Assembly: GCA_027451365.1 (NCBI GenBank)
Contig: DAIDJN010000029.1
Location: 1-64,000 of the forward strand
Source: Phycisphaerales bacterium
Lineage (GTDB): Bacteria; Planctomycetota; Phycisphaerae; WQYP01
Direction of reading: 5' to 3'
DNA length: 64,000 nucleotides
Shown here: positions 29,701 to 39,040 of the stretch, in pieces
Layout of the letters: each line of letters starts with the position of its first letter
Position numbering within the stretch: position 1 is the first letter of the stretch
The notes under the pieces: generated by a model
What the model was told of the DNA's origin: nothing
Seen by the model: the letters and a program-made list of their open reading frames with translations, nothing else
Database searches by the model: none
Program-made: the position numbers and the translations under genes

Positions 29701-31236
29701 CGCCTGGGGCAGGTGATGGCTGGCGCTATTGCCGATGCGCCGTCCGGTGTTTCCGCCGTCGAAACCCTGATTCACAAGGAAGCGGACGCCGGGCACTTCA
29801 CCGTGCCGGTAAAACCCGTGATTGTTTTCACTCCGGGTGCGGGAAAAGACTACGATCCGCGATTCAGCCCGGCGGGCGCGGCACAAGTGCTCGGAGGGTG
29901 GTACACCATGGGGTCCATGCTGTTGGCCTCGGCAAAGGGGTCGGCAGACAGCCCGCCAATAGCCGACGCGGCACGGCTGCTTCGAAAATTCAGACAGTCT
30001 TCTGCGGCGTGTGGCGGCTACCGGCAAGCCTATTTCCACTATTGGCTGGCGATGTTGCGCGAAGGATTGGCGGTAACCGTGCCGGACAATCAATGGAAAA
30101 CCTATCTAACGCAACTTCAGGCGGTGCAGATTGACCAACTGTTCCTGGCACTGCAGAAGCTTGGCGTACAGGTAGCGGCGGCATTAAAGGCAGCTCCGCC
30201 GCCAGCGTCGCTGGTACGTAAAACCGCGGCGGCCCAGCGGAATATTCAAGCCGCGGACCAGATGCTTAATTTGCGTCTTTTTGCCAGATCGGTACGCCAC
30301 CGGCTGGGCCGCTGGACACAACTGAGTTCCGATCCGAACGCCGCCCGTGATCAATTGCTGGCCCAAAAGCCGGTGAATCTGTATCACCGGTATATTCTGG
30401 CGGATTCGGCAAGCCCGGATTTTGCATCCACATATATTGCATCGTTGACTCTGGCCGGTTTGCGGACACTCGCTGAGCACAGCCAACGGCAGGCGAATGC
30501 CGTTCTTTCAGCGGTACGAGCGGCACCCTTTTTTCCGCTGTTTATTCCGGTCAACCCGGCGGCACCATTTGGCCATGAATGGTCGGCGACGCAACTTCGT
30601 TCCCTGGCGAAGGGCTTTTCCAGCCTGCCTCGCGCCGGACTTTTGTCCGGCCAGAACTTAACACCCGATTCCGGCGTTAACCGGCAACTGCGTATTTTGC
30701 AGGGTAATGTATCATACTTGCACTTTGGCTATTCGCGCGCAACGGTCGCGGCGATACGCAAAATTCTTGCCGCACTGATCGGCAATGGCTCCGGTCGACC
30801 GCTGGTCTGTCGACTGCGTATCACCCGTGCCATGAAAAGCGATCAGAGTGCCAACACCGTTGAGATTATCTGGCCATATTTGACTATCAATGACAACGGC
30901 GTGCGCACCGGGACAGCAAGTTTCCGGTCCGCCGCGGCCGAAGACCTTGGCAAAATATCCATTCCTGAAAAGGCCGGGGCGGCGCTGACGTTAAATTTCT
31001 ATGAAACGGACCCCGCGATGGCTGGTGCCAAAGCCGACCATTCCCTGACATTCCATGGTCCTTGGGCGGTACTGAAACTGCTGGCGCGTTACCACGGCCG
31101 CACCACGGATGGAAAATCCTGGATGGTGACTATTACCACAATCGATCAGTTTCATAAATTGCGAACGATGCGAATGGAATTATTGTTTTCGCGGCCGTTG
31201 CCGTCGCTGACGGCGTGGCCGCGTGCCAGGAAATAA
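26791..31236 (+). CDS. tssM: T6SS membrane protein TssM (IcmF)
   Basis: N-terminal TMs, YSLPWYVLVGQPGSGKT, WWFTNHAIILDTAG, PINGMLL, FLRGIYFTS, YFLRDLF, a further TM and a large periplasmic part ending GPWAVLKL. Confidence 0.95.
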   Translation: MNFLSIFGNLSPNAKLGATAGGTAGVMTALALAISGHWQLLILLVLLVVMATVAFIIFRLALGWWKKRKSRPMEKSLAGNTSSAPQQVSGAKKLADLDSLRRVFSTGVEKFRSAGKDLYSLPWYVLVGQPGSGKTEAIRHSAIGFPPGLQDQLQGAGGTINMNWWFTNHAIILDTAGRLMFEEVAPGSTSEWQEFLKLLRQHRPNCPINGMLLVIPADSLLKDSTEVIARNAGKIAQQLDNIQRSLGVRFPVFIFITKSDYLPGFSQFFDDLTDPQLQHQIMGWSNPAPLDDPFNVDAVETHLREVRNRLAERRQRLLADPVNTEDPGGHRLDQVDSLFAFPEAILKISPRLKQYLETIFVPGEWSAKPLFLRGIYFTSSMSEGKSLDADLAAALGVPVDALPASGVWRRDRAYFLRDLFLQKIFKERGLVTRAGNAMKQQRRRKIAVLLTGFAAVAFLLAATFYAFFQLKNSVGTPGQYWQAAARVYTSSSPRFMAMIAPKSNAIGTPTFIYQGHTNKLMGRSLAEFYAQGFDLVRRPIAVPWIFKPVAFLGGHVNTRQRAAFEKIFNAEVLSPVIMAARSKLTVAPLHQETPDLRRLERRTGALLEIIAIAQSVYSSGGAAAEFPHGRKNFDVLVGYVLSPADYRSYKTYQADSIHAILKSLYQSRRTWPPAGVAAVGDAALAATISHGIRSVVAGWNSAVGTGNQSLQRLVALKAALQKYQTSEQALMNWAAGYQSGDSLNGVAVSHVAGIFSALAASAAEIRLDLPSLGSHGTFYGAYLADAHALLQQRSAVFRQLKRQTAWIATLAKAPAAGGGGTAGILAGAVSQLSGKAGRARKQAVALLIASRTELLADIADEKSPFGAAGQSQISSLDQKFLTRAGPRRQISLREAVYEAVAALANAPKSPESLLTLRTWLEQFNAAARQAGANISQTASTLKVTGPASATAYNAQSMDAAAKALSLFEASRLGQVMAGAIADAPSGVSAVETLIHKEADAGHFTVPVKPVIVFTPGAGKDYDPRFSPAGAAQVLGGWYTMGSMLLASAKGSADSPPIADAARLLRKFRQSSAACGGYRQAYFHYWLAMLREGLAVTVPDNQWKTYLTQLQAVQIDQLFLALQKLGVQVAAALKAAPPPASLVRKTAAAQRNIQAADQMLNLRLFARSVRHRLGRWTQLSSDPNAARDQLLAQKPVNLYHRYILADSASPDFASTYIASLTLAGLRTLAEHSQRQANAVLSAVRAAPFFPLFIPVNPAAPFGHEWSATQLRSLAKGFSSLPRAGLLSGQNLTPDSGVNRQLRILQGNVSYLHFGYSRATVAAIRKILAALIGNGSGRPLVCRLRITRAMKSDQSANTVEIIWPYLTINDNGVRTGTASFRSAAAEDLGKISIPEKAGAALTLNFYETDPAMAGAKADHSLTFHGPWAVLKLLARYHGRTTDGKSWMVTITTIDQFHKLRTMRMELLFSRPLPSLTAWPRARK

Positions 31237-31239
31237 TGG

Positions 31240-32271
31240 ATGCCGCAGCCAGCCGGCGCGGGAAAATCGGGTGCGCATTTGGGTGATTTTTTTCAGAAAC
31301 TGGCGGCGCGGATTCGCCCTGCCGGGACCGCTCCGACGGGCGCGGCGCTGTGTCTGTTTGGCAAGCATCCGGGCTGGGACGACCACATGGAAGACATTGG
31401 TCCGCAAAGCCGGGAAATGCTGGATTTTAAGCGCATGCTTTATGTGGAAGGCGTGGGCGGCAATATTGATGCTGGAAACTGGGCTCATTTGCCGACGGGG
31501 GAGCGGCTTGCCGAATTTAACCATTTGTTGATTTTCAGCCGTGACGATTATTACATCCTGGCAACACTAAGCGCGTCGGCCGATGGCAAGGGGCGAAATT
31601 TGTATCCGCTGGTGGCCGCGGTTCAGGCACGCGGCGTTTCTCTGGCGGACCTGGGGCGGCATATCGGTCCGCTGCTGTTGGAATTGCGGTCGGAGATTCA
31701 GAAGACGGCGTCGGCCGCAGGGGCGCAGAGTCTTGTGCGGAACATGCAGGAGCGGCTTGGCGCTATTGGAGCGGGACTTGCTCCGGGAGCCCCGCGCCTG
31801 GACCGGATGGTAACTGGCCATCAGGCGGCCCGTTTGTTTTCCGCGGATGCGTCCGCGGCCGCGCCGCGTGTGCTGTATGCCGTGCAGCGGGCGGTGGAGG
31901 CCGTGGGGCACGATCCGGCTAATGCCCGCACGGAAACAGTGCGGGTTCCGTTGGAGAGTCAGCAGCCCTGGTTTGCGGCGCGAATATGGTGCGCCCTGAT
32001 TCGTTCCATGCTCGGGCCGGCGGGTTCCGTGATGGTGGCGGAATATCGGCCGCCAGACGGCGCAACGGGTTCCACCCTCGGCTTTGTGGACCTGATTATC
32101 GGTAACCCGGGGCAGACCGCACTTTTTTGCCTGCGTGCCGGGCTGAATCGCATTCCGCTGGCCAGCGATATTCCATATTCACTTGACGCGCCATTTGTTA
32201 AGCGCGTGGCGGATTATCTGACCGCCTGCCGCAGTGCTGGTGACGGTTCGGCACCCGCATTTTTTCAATAA
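31240..32271 (+). CDS. tagF: T6SS-associated TagF-like protein
   Basis: FGKHPGWDDH and SADGKGRNLYPL match the TagF GKxP..D and S.D..GR.YP motifs. It lies directly after tssM. Confidence 0.75.
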   Translation: MPQPAGAGKSGAHLGDFFQKLAARIRPAGTAPTGAALCLFGKHPGWDDHMEDIGPQSREMLDFKRMLYVEGVGGNIDAGNWAHLPTGERLAEFNHLLIFSRDDYYILATLSASADGKGRNLYPLVAAVQARGVSLADLGRHIGPLLLELRSEIQKTASAAGAQSLVRNMQERLGAIGAGLAPGAPRLDRMVTGHQAARLFSADASAAAPRVLYAVQRAVEAVGHDPANARTETVRVPLESQQPWFAARIWCALIRSMLGPAGSVMVAEYRPPDGATGSTLGFVDLIIGNPGQTALFCLRAGLNRIPLASDIPYSLDAPFVKRVADYLTACRSAGDGSAPAFFQ

Positions 32272-32451
32272 TAGTGCCAGTTGCAAGCGGAAGGTTTCCG
32301 GGCGAAACACGAGACGGTTACGCTGATTGCAATGGGGTTGCTTCAGATGTATTTGATGTTTATTCGCAAGGGAGCCCGCGCCCGGTAATATTTATTGATC
32401 ACACTGTGCGGCTGCCTCAATTGCCAACATCCTGTTTTGCATGCCGCTCGG

Positions 32452-33111
32452 TCAGGGGATTGGAATATCGTGAATTCTAAAACAGGCTCTGGTGTTGATT
32501 TCCTTCGTTAAAAGTGGAATGTCCAGCTCGGTTGGCTTTTTGCCATGATACGTTCCGGCTATGTGAAATACGCGGCCGTTCCGCCAGAACTGCTCGCCGC
32601 TCAGGTTCAATCCCCGTTTTGAAATGTGGCCATTTGGTCCGTGCATCTGAATGTTGCTTTGTATCTGAATTTGCAGACTCTGATTCCATGCCGATTGCGG
32701 CGGACCGGGCAGCCTGGCGGTTAGATCAGCGCGCCAGGTTTCACCGGGAAGTGGTTTTAGGCCGACGAATGTAAACTTAATTCCACCGCGGAAGATACTT
32801 TGGCGCGGCCTTTTTATTAAATGGTGAAAAGCAATCACTTGACGGTCGGTAAATAAGGTCACCGGCAAATAGCCTCGAAAATCGCGAACCACTGTGGCGC
32901 CGTCGTGTGGCCAGCGAACCGGCGCGCTGCATTCGCCAACGCTCTGGATTTGGAGAGGAATGAAAGTCGGACCGGTCCAGCGGTCAATTTCAGCGGTGGT
33001 CGCCGAATTTTGCGCGTGCGACGCAGCCACAGCCACTCGCGGCGCAGCGATCATGAAACTCGCAAGAATGCAATAAGCCGCAATCCGCAGCTGGTCCAAG
33101 GTGTGACTCAT
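32452..33111 (-). CDS. Hypothetical secreted protein
   Basis: 219-aa ORF with a signal-peptide-like N-terminus (IAAYCILASFMIAAPRVAVA). No family recognised. Confidence 0.55.
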   Translation of the reverse strand: MSHTLDQLRIAAYCILASFMIAAPRVAVAASHAQNSATTAEIDRWTGPTFIPLQIQSVGECSAPVRWPHDGATVVRDFRGYLPVTLFTDRQVIAFHHLIKRPRQSIFRGGIKFTFVGLKPLPGETWRADLTARLPGPPQSAWNQSLQIQIQSNIQMHGPNGHISKRGLNLSGEQFWRNGRVFHIAGTYHGKKPTELDIPLLTKEINTRACFRIHDIPIP

Positions 33112-33304
33112 GATGGTCCGCCATATTTAAAAATCCGCGTGTCGCGGAGTAACCACCTTAAACGGTTCCGGCGCTTTGCCTGAGTCGGTTTGGTACCGAT
33201 GCGCCACGATTTGCGTGTTGCAATGTGGTCTTAGCCGTTACTGGCAAACGCATGGGGTTGGGCGAAGATGGCCGTCCAACGCCGTTTTATTACGCGTGTA
33301 TGAT

Positions 33305-34315
33305 TTATCGTGCGGCATAACTGGCCGCGCCAATGCACAAGTACAGGACTGCCATTCGCACCGCCAGTCCGTTGCTGACTTGTCGGAGGATGGCGGAATT
33401 TGGGCCGTCCGCCACGCCGGAGGTTATTTCCAGCCCGCGGTTCATGGGGCCGGGATGCAACACCAGAATATCCTTTTTGCATCGTGTGAGGCGCTGTTCA
33501 TTCATCCCGAAAAAGCGGCTGTATTCACGCACACTGGGAAATGCAGCGGATGTAATGCGTTCAAATTGCACGCGCAGCATATTCACAACATCTACTGTGG
33601 GCAGCACGTCATCGAGCGAATGGGCCACCTTCACGCCAAATTCCGCAAATGAATCCGGACAAAGCGTGGTCGGGCCGACGAGTGTTACTTTTGCTCCCAG
33701 TCTCGTGAGTCCCCATATATTGCTGCGGGCGACGCGTGAATTCGCCACATCCCCGACAATTGCTACATGCAGGTCCGCAATGCTTCGGCCATGGGCCGCA
33801 AAATGTTCCCGCATGGTGAAAAGGTCCAGCAATCCCTGGGTGGGATGTTCGTGGCTGCCGTCACCGGCATTTATCACGCTGCAATGCACCTGCCTGGCAA
33901 CTGCGTGCGGCGCGCCGCTGCTGCGGTGCCGTATGACAATGGCGTCCACTCCCATTGCTTCAATATTGCGCGCGGTATCGGCCAGGGTTTCACCCTTGCT
34001 GACGGAACTGGTGGCCACAAAAAAATCCATGACATCCGCGCTCATCCGTTGAGCCGCAAGACGGAAGCTGGTGCGGGTGCGCGTGGAATCCTCAAAAAAC
34101 AGATTCGCGACAACTTTGCCGCGCAAGGCAGGGACTTTTTTGATGCTGCGCGTGGAAACTTCCTGAAGCGCTGTGGCCGTGTCCAGCAGTGCCAGAATTT
34201 CTTCCTGCGAAAGCTCTTCCAGGCCCAGAAGATGCGGCCTTTGCCAGCCACGCGGGGTGCTGCCAGCTTTTTGCGGCGTGGCGACATGAGTGGATGCGGA
34301 AGCGGTCGCGGTCAT
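33305..34315 (-). CDS. pyrB: Aspartate carbamoyltransferase catalytic subunit
   Basis: [28 protein letters not shown] and [12 protein letters not shown] overlap with pyrR. Confidence 0.97.
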   Translation of the reverse strand: MTATASASTHVATPQKAGSTPRGWQRPHLLGLEELSQEEILALLDTATALQEVSTRSIKKVPALRGKVVANLFFEDSTRTRTSFRLAAQRMSADVMDFFVATSSVSKGETLADTARNIEAMGVDAIVIRHRSSGAPHAVARQVHCSVINAGDGSHEHPTQGLLDLFTMREHFAAHGRSIADLHVAIVGDVANSRVARSNIWGLTRLGAKVTLVGPTTLCPDSFAEFGVKVAHSLDDVLPTVDVVNMLRVQFERITSAAFPSVREYSRFFGMNEQRLTRCKKDILVLHPGPMNRGLEITSGVADGPNSAILRQVSNGLAVRMAVLYLCIGAASYAAR

Positions 34316-34899
34316 GGCGGAACTCCTTGCGCTGGTCCAGGCTGCGGGAAGGCCTCTGCGGCGGGATGATCCACCCACACGCCATCGTCCGGATCGGTTG
34401 GTGCCAGGTGCACACGCACCAGTGAATCATGCGGGACCTGCATTTTACGGCTTGCGAAATCGGCATGGATCGGATACTCGCGCCCTTGGCGGTCAATCAG
34501 GACCGCGAGTCGGATAAACCGCGGGCGGCCAAAATCAACCAGAGCGTCCAATGCGGCGCGCACTGAACGGCCCGTGTGCAGCACATCATCAAAAAGAATC
34601 ACCGCACGATTATCTATGCGGAAATTCATCTCCGTACCGATGGGAATTGTGATGGGGCGCGAACCCATAACATCGTCACGGTACATGGTGATATCCAGTT
34701 TTCCCAGCAGAACTTTTCGTCCGGTTGATTGGTGAAGAATCGCCGCCACGCGGGATGCGACAATCTCCCCACGGCGGCGAATGCCAATGAGGGCCAGTTC
34801 GCCATCCTGTGTTGCCGCGATATCCGGATCATTTTCAATAGCCGAAGCGAGATTATGGATGAGTTGTGCAACGTCGGCCGCGGTAAGCATTGCTTGCAT
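34312..34899 (-). CDS. pyrR: Bifunctional pyrimidine regulator / uracil phosphoribosyltransferase PyrR
   Basis: [34 protein letters not shown] and [17 protein letters not shown]. Confidence 0.95.
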   Translation of the reverse strand: MQAMLTAADVAQLIHNLASAIENDPDIAATQDGELALIGIRRRGEIVASRVAAILHQSTGRKVLLGKLDITMYRDDVMGSRPITIPIGTEMNFRIDNRAVILFDDVLHTGRSVRAALDALVDFGRPRFIRLAVLIDRQGREYPIHADFASRKMQVPHDSLVRVHLAPTDPDDGVWVDHPAAEAFPQPGPAQGVPP

Positions 34900-34958
34900 G
34901 GGACTTAGCCTAACGCGGGGCGTCGCCGCAGGCAAGGCGCGGCCGGCCTTCCACCCTG

Positions 34959-37361
34959 CTATGCCGCGGGTGGTTCAATATTCCACAAATGGCGCACCAG
35001 AAAATTCCGAGTCAGTCGCCACATGTAATTCCAGTAAGGTCCGCCACAACCGTGGTGGCCATTGGGAAAGACCTGAATCTGGAAATCACGGTTATGCAGC
35101 ATCATTTGTTCGACCACCTGAAATGTGCAGGCGGGGTCTACATTGTGGTCCATCCCGCCGACTATCAGCAAAAGCTTTCCCTTGAGCTTTTGCGCGTTGG
35201 TTGCGTTGGATTGCTGGGCATACCAGGGGCCGACCGGCCAACTCATCCATTGTTCATTCCACCAGATTTTATCCACGCGATTGTCATGGCAGCCGCTGTT
35301 GGCGACCGCAACTTTGTAAAAATCACCGAAAGCCAGCAATGCACGCAGGGCGCTCTGCCCGCCGGCGGAAGTACCGTAAATTCCGACACGGGACGTATCC
35401 ATGTATGGGTATTTCGCGGCGGCTGCCTTTATCCATGCGATACGGTCCGGAAAGCCGGAATCTCCCAGATTTTTCCAGCAGACATTGTGAAATTCCTTTG
35501 ACCGGTTGGATGTGCCCATCCCATCCATTTTCACCACAATAAAGCCGAGTTCCGCCACAGTCTGCGGCCAGTAAAATGGTTCCCACGCTTTGGGCACAAA
35601 CGCGCCTTGGGGTCCGGCATATATATCTTCGACAATGGGGTATCTGCGGGATGGATCAAAATGACTGGGGCGGATAATAATGCCGTAAATATCCGTCACG
35701 CCGTCGCGGCCCTTGGCGACAAACCTTTCCGGCCGCGGAATGCCGGCATTTAACAGTGCGGAAGCGTCAGCCCGTTCCAGCGGACAGACCAGTGATCCGT
35801 CTTGCGTCCGGCGGAGGTTCATTTGCGGGGGCAGATCCACGCGCGAAAACCGGTCTATCAGATATTTGCAATCTGGTGAATATTGTACACTGTGAGTGCC
35901 ATTGCCGCGGGTCAGGACCGTCAGATTGCGACCATCAAAATCCACCCGGCAGAAATGGACATAGTATGGATCCTGTCCGGGGACAATTGCCCCGGCACGG
36001 AACCATATCTGCCGTTTGACGGTGTCCACATGTTCCACGCCGCGGACTACCCAGTTGCCGGTGGTTATGCGGTTTTTAACGCGCCCATGCAGGGTGTCCA
36101 TAAGGTACAGATGATTCCATCCGTCGCGTTCAGACATCCAGATCATTTCATTTGATTTATCCAGGTACCACGTGAAAAATTTTCCTGAATAATCGAAAAA
36201 CTTCCGGCCGTCGCGGGTGCAGTCCTCATCCACGATTGCACTTACGCGGCCGCTGGGAATATCGATCGCGATCACGCGCATGACCTGGTGGCCACGTTGG
36301 TTGAATACAAAACGAAAGCGGCGCGAATCCGGTTCCCAGCACCATTCAGTATTGGCCCATGGATTGGCATAAAGATCATCCTTTATGGGTATCTGCCGGC
36401 CGGTGGAGGCGCTGAAAATGGCCGGTTTACGAATCGTGACCGGATCACCGGCTTTCAAATATTTGAAATCCACCAGATTGCAGTCAATCGTGCCGGGTGG
36501 TGCCCACTGAACTTCATACACATGCCGGTCGGATCCGGGCTGCACACGAATGACCGCAAAATATGCACTGTCCGGCGACCAGAACACCTGCGGAGAATAA
36601 AAATGGTCCGGTTTGCCGTCAGAGGTGATCTTCCGGTGTGTTTCCAGCCGGCGGTTCAACAGCGTGACATTGTGGTTCTCGATTCGCACTTCCCATTCGC
36701 CATCGGGCGAAAACAAGTTTTGCGGTCCCCAACGGTTCGGATTGCCCGCCGTAAACGCCGGATGAATCGGTGGGATCGCAAAAGACTTGCGGCGTTCCAG
36801 ATGCCCGGTGGCAAGATTGCATCTCCAGCCATGCCCCAATGCGTTAAATTCAATTTCATCCGGGGCGGGCAGATCAATTATAAAAAGGTGCAATTGCCGG
36901 GGATTCTGCATTTTGCCCGTTGCCTTGGAAAGCGCGGCGGCCAGTCGGGCATGATCAAACGCCGGCTCGCGACTTCCGCCAGCGGGATTGACCAGAATAT
37001 ATTCCAGATTGCCGCCGGCAGCGCGACTGGTAAACCAGAAGCGGCCATCAGCCAGCCAGTGCGGTTCGACATGGTCATGAAATACTTTATTTCCGGTTAT
37101 TTCCCATAAATGATCCGCCCGCCGATAATCCGCCGCCGAGGCAATTCCTCCAACTCCGGCGGGCAAAAGTTCAGGCTGGCCCTGTGTCGCAGCCGCGTGG
37201 TCAGGTGTGGAATTCTGAATTGCCGCGGGATTGGCGCGAAGCTCCATAGGAAGCTGCGATCCCAAAATGCCGACCGCGGCGGCACTAAAAAGTTGGCGCC
37301 GCGAAAGTTCTGTGGAACGCGTTGACGCGGAAGTGTGATGTGGGACAGTGGATTCATCCAT
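34959..37361 (-). CDS. S9 family (DPP-IV-like) peptidase with Tat signal
   Basis: SRRQLF Tat motif, beta-propeller (SERDGWNHLY), GTSAGG nucleophile, DHNV Asp and GHHG His. Confidence 0.92.
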   Translation of the reverse strand: MDESTVPHHTSASTRSTELSRRQLFSAAAVGILGSQLPMELRANPAAIQNSTPDHAAATQGQPELLPAGVGGIASAADYRRADHLWEITGNKVFHDHVEPHWLADGRFWFTSRAAGGNLEYILVNPAGGSREPAFDHARLAAALSKATGKMQNPRQLHLFIIDLPAPDEIEFNALGHGWRCNLATGHLERRKSFAIPPIHPAFTAGNPNRWGPQNLFSPDGEWEVRIENHNVTLLNRRLETHRKITSDGKPDHFYSPQVFWSPDSAYFAVIRVQPGSDRHVYEVQWAPPGTIDCNLVDFKYLKAGDPVTIRKPAIFSASTGRQIPIKDDLYANPWANTEWCWEPDSRRFRFVFNQRGHQVMRVIAIDIPSGRVSAIVDEDCTRDGRKFFDYSGKFFTWYLDKSNEMIWMSERDGWNHLYLMDTLHGRVKNRITTGNWVVRGVEHVDTVKRQIWFRAGAIVPGQDPYYVHFCRVDFDGRNLTVLTRGNGTHSVQYSPDCKYLIDRFSRVDLPPQMNLRRTQDGSLVCPLERADASALLNAGIPRPERFVAKGRDGVTDIYGIIIRPSHFDPSRRYPIVEDIYAGPQGAFVPKAWEPFYWPQTVAELGFIVVKMDGMGTSNRSKEFHNVCWKNLGDSGFPDRIAWIKAAAAKYPYMDTSRVGIYGTSAGGQSALRALLAFGDFYKVAVANSGCHDNRVDKIWWNEQWMSWPVGPWYAQQSNATNAQKLKGKLLLIVGGMDHNVDPACTFQVVEQMMLHNRDFQIQVFPNGHHGCGGPYWNYMWRLTRNFLVRHLWNIEPPAA

Positions 37362-37667
37362 TTTCAGCGTTCTCCATTTCTGCAAGAGTCGGCGCGTGAC
37401 CCTCGGATAATAGCGTGTCCGGTTGTGGCATCGCAACTGTGGAACTATGGTTCAGCGGCTCGAGTGGCCACTTTTGTCCAGATTCCAAAATATGGAGGGT
37501 TTGGCTGTTGGCGAGCCTCTAGGCAACGCCCGCATCCCCTTGGCCGACAACAGTATTTGGGCTGAAAATCAAAATGCGGTTCTGGGTTCAATGTTCCGAA
37601 TTCCGTTAAAGCGCACCCGTCTCCTATGGAATGCGCAAGCGTATGGAAGGGTACGCGACTCTGCGTA

Positions 37668-38807
37668 TTACTGTGCCGCCCCGACCACCGCATACTGACC
37701 ATTGGCAATCTGAATCAGTCGCTTAAGGGATATATTCGGCAACGGCAGCGTGAAATGAATCGTGGGCATGTTGTCGGCCTTAAATAAAAAGCGGTGGCCG
37801 TTAATGGTAATCATGCGCGGTTTAATATTGGCCGGATTGCCCAGGCTACGTTTAAGGCTCACGGAAATGACCGATTCATGTCGGCCCGTGGCAATCCTCA
37901 GATGTTCACTGGTGTAGGGAAACGCTTTAAGTTCCAGTACCGTGACGGTGGCCAGCCCTTTGCCGTAGACGCGGGCCAGCGCGTTTTCCAACACTGGAAT
38001 GTCCCGCACATAAAGCGTCCCGGGACCGGTCGACCGCAAGTCCGCCGTGCCGATGATATTTCCTGTCAGGTCCACATTCACCGCGGCATGCAACGACGCC
38101 TGCCCGGTAATGGTGAAATGTTTTGGGGAAAGAAGCGCAAATAAATACCGCTGCTGGAGGTTCCCGATTGTCAGCCGCACGTTGGCGCTGCGCGCCGCGG
38201 AAAAATATTGTCCCTGGGCCGCAACCTCGGCACGATGCCATTTGGCCGTGAAAGATCGCACTTTGATAGCCCGTCTGGAAACACTCAGCAGCGCTGTTCC
38301 TTTTGCCAGCTTCTGGTTCCAGAGAGTCAGTGCCGCAAAAGATGTCGTCACTGACGGCCAGAGCGTTACGGATACGTGCGCCGGACCGGTGAAGCGGTGA
38401 ACTGTTCCGGTGAGTTGCCAGCTATCACATTTTATTTTTGATTTGCCGTGTGCCGGCCACCAAATGGTTTTGGCGCCGGCAATGACAGTTCCGTCACACT
38501 TTCGAATGACTTTGCCGGCGCGGGAATTCGCGTATTGAAGCCGACCTGTAAATGATATGCGGCCACTGGTAATTCCAAGCCGATGGCCAGCGATGACGAT
38601 GCCGTGAAATACGGTGGAATTGCCGGTCGCCGTCGATGCCGCCAGTGCCGGCATTGGCCCCGTCATCACCGCCCGGCAGAAGGCCAGAATTGCCAGCATG
38701 GTACACGGATAAAGTTGCCCGCGAAATTGTCGCGTGCCAGGCCGGAGCGGCCCGCAGCCCTGGCTTATGGGGTGGTCGGCGGATGATGAAAAGTTCTGGT
38801 ACTTCAT
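37668..38807 (-). CDS. Hypothetical exported beta-rich protein, possibly YdbH/AsmA-like
   Basis: Signal-like segment, many alternating beta strands and C-terminal GPGTLYV...LELKAFPY. Start uncertain. Confidence 0.5.
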   Translation of the reverse strand: MKYQNFSSSADHPISQGCGPLRPGTRQFRGQLYPCTMLAILAFCRAVMTGPMPALAASTATGNSTVFHGIVIAGHRLGITSGRISFTGRLQYANSRAGKVIRKCDGTVIAGAKTIWWPAHGKSKIKCDSWQLTGTVHRFTGPAHVSVTLWPSVTTSFAALTLWNQKLAKGTALLSVSRRAIKVRSFTAKWHRAEVAAQGQYFSAARSANVRLTIGNLQQRYLFALLSPKHFTITGQASLHAAVNVDLTGNIIGTADLRSTGPGTLYVRDIPVLENALARVYGKGLATVTVLELKAFPYTSEHLRIATGRHESVISVSLKRSLGNPANIKPRMITINGHRFLFKADNMPTIHFTLPLPNISLKRLIQIANGQYAVVGAAQ

Positions 38808-39040
38808 CGTACGGGCATAATACCACGTTTGGTGTCCGCAACGCTGATTTCTCCAATAAAACGTGGCCGTCCCGGCCGGCTGGCAGGGACTTGTGCAGCC
38901 CATCGCGTCCGCCGCGCGGTGGTTTTATTTTATACCAGTCAGCGGAATAATCTCTCCGAATGCAATAGCACCAACCTGGCCAGCGTTATGTAATTCCCAA
39001 AAAGCGGACAAGGTGTTTTGAAAATTTAAGGAAACGACTT

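Noticed and set aside
32452..33111. T6SS effector or immunity role for the gene convergent with tagF
   Set aside because: It is on the opposite strand, follows pyrB and shows no effector or immunity motif.
34900..34958. PyrR attenuator upstream of pyrR
   Set aside because: Only ~60 nt separate it from the upstream gene, and no PyrR-binding loop or terminator is visible.
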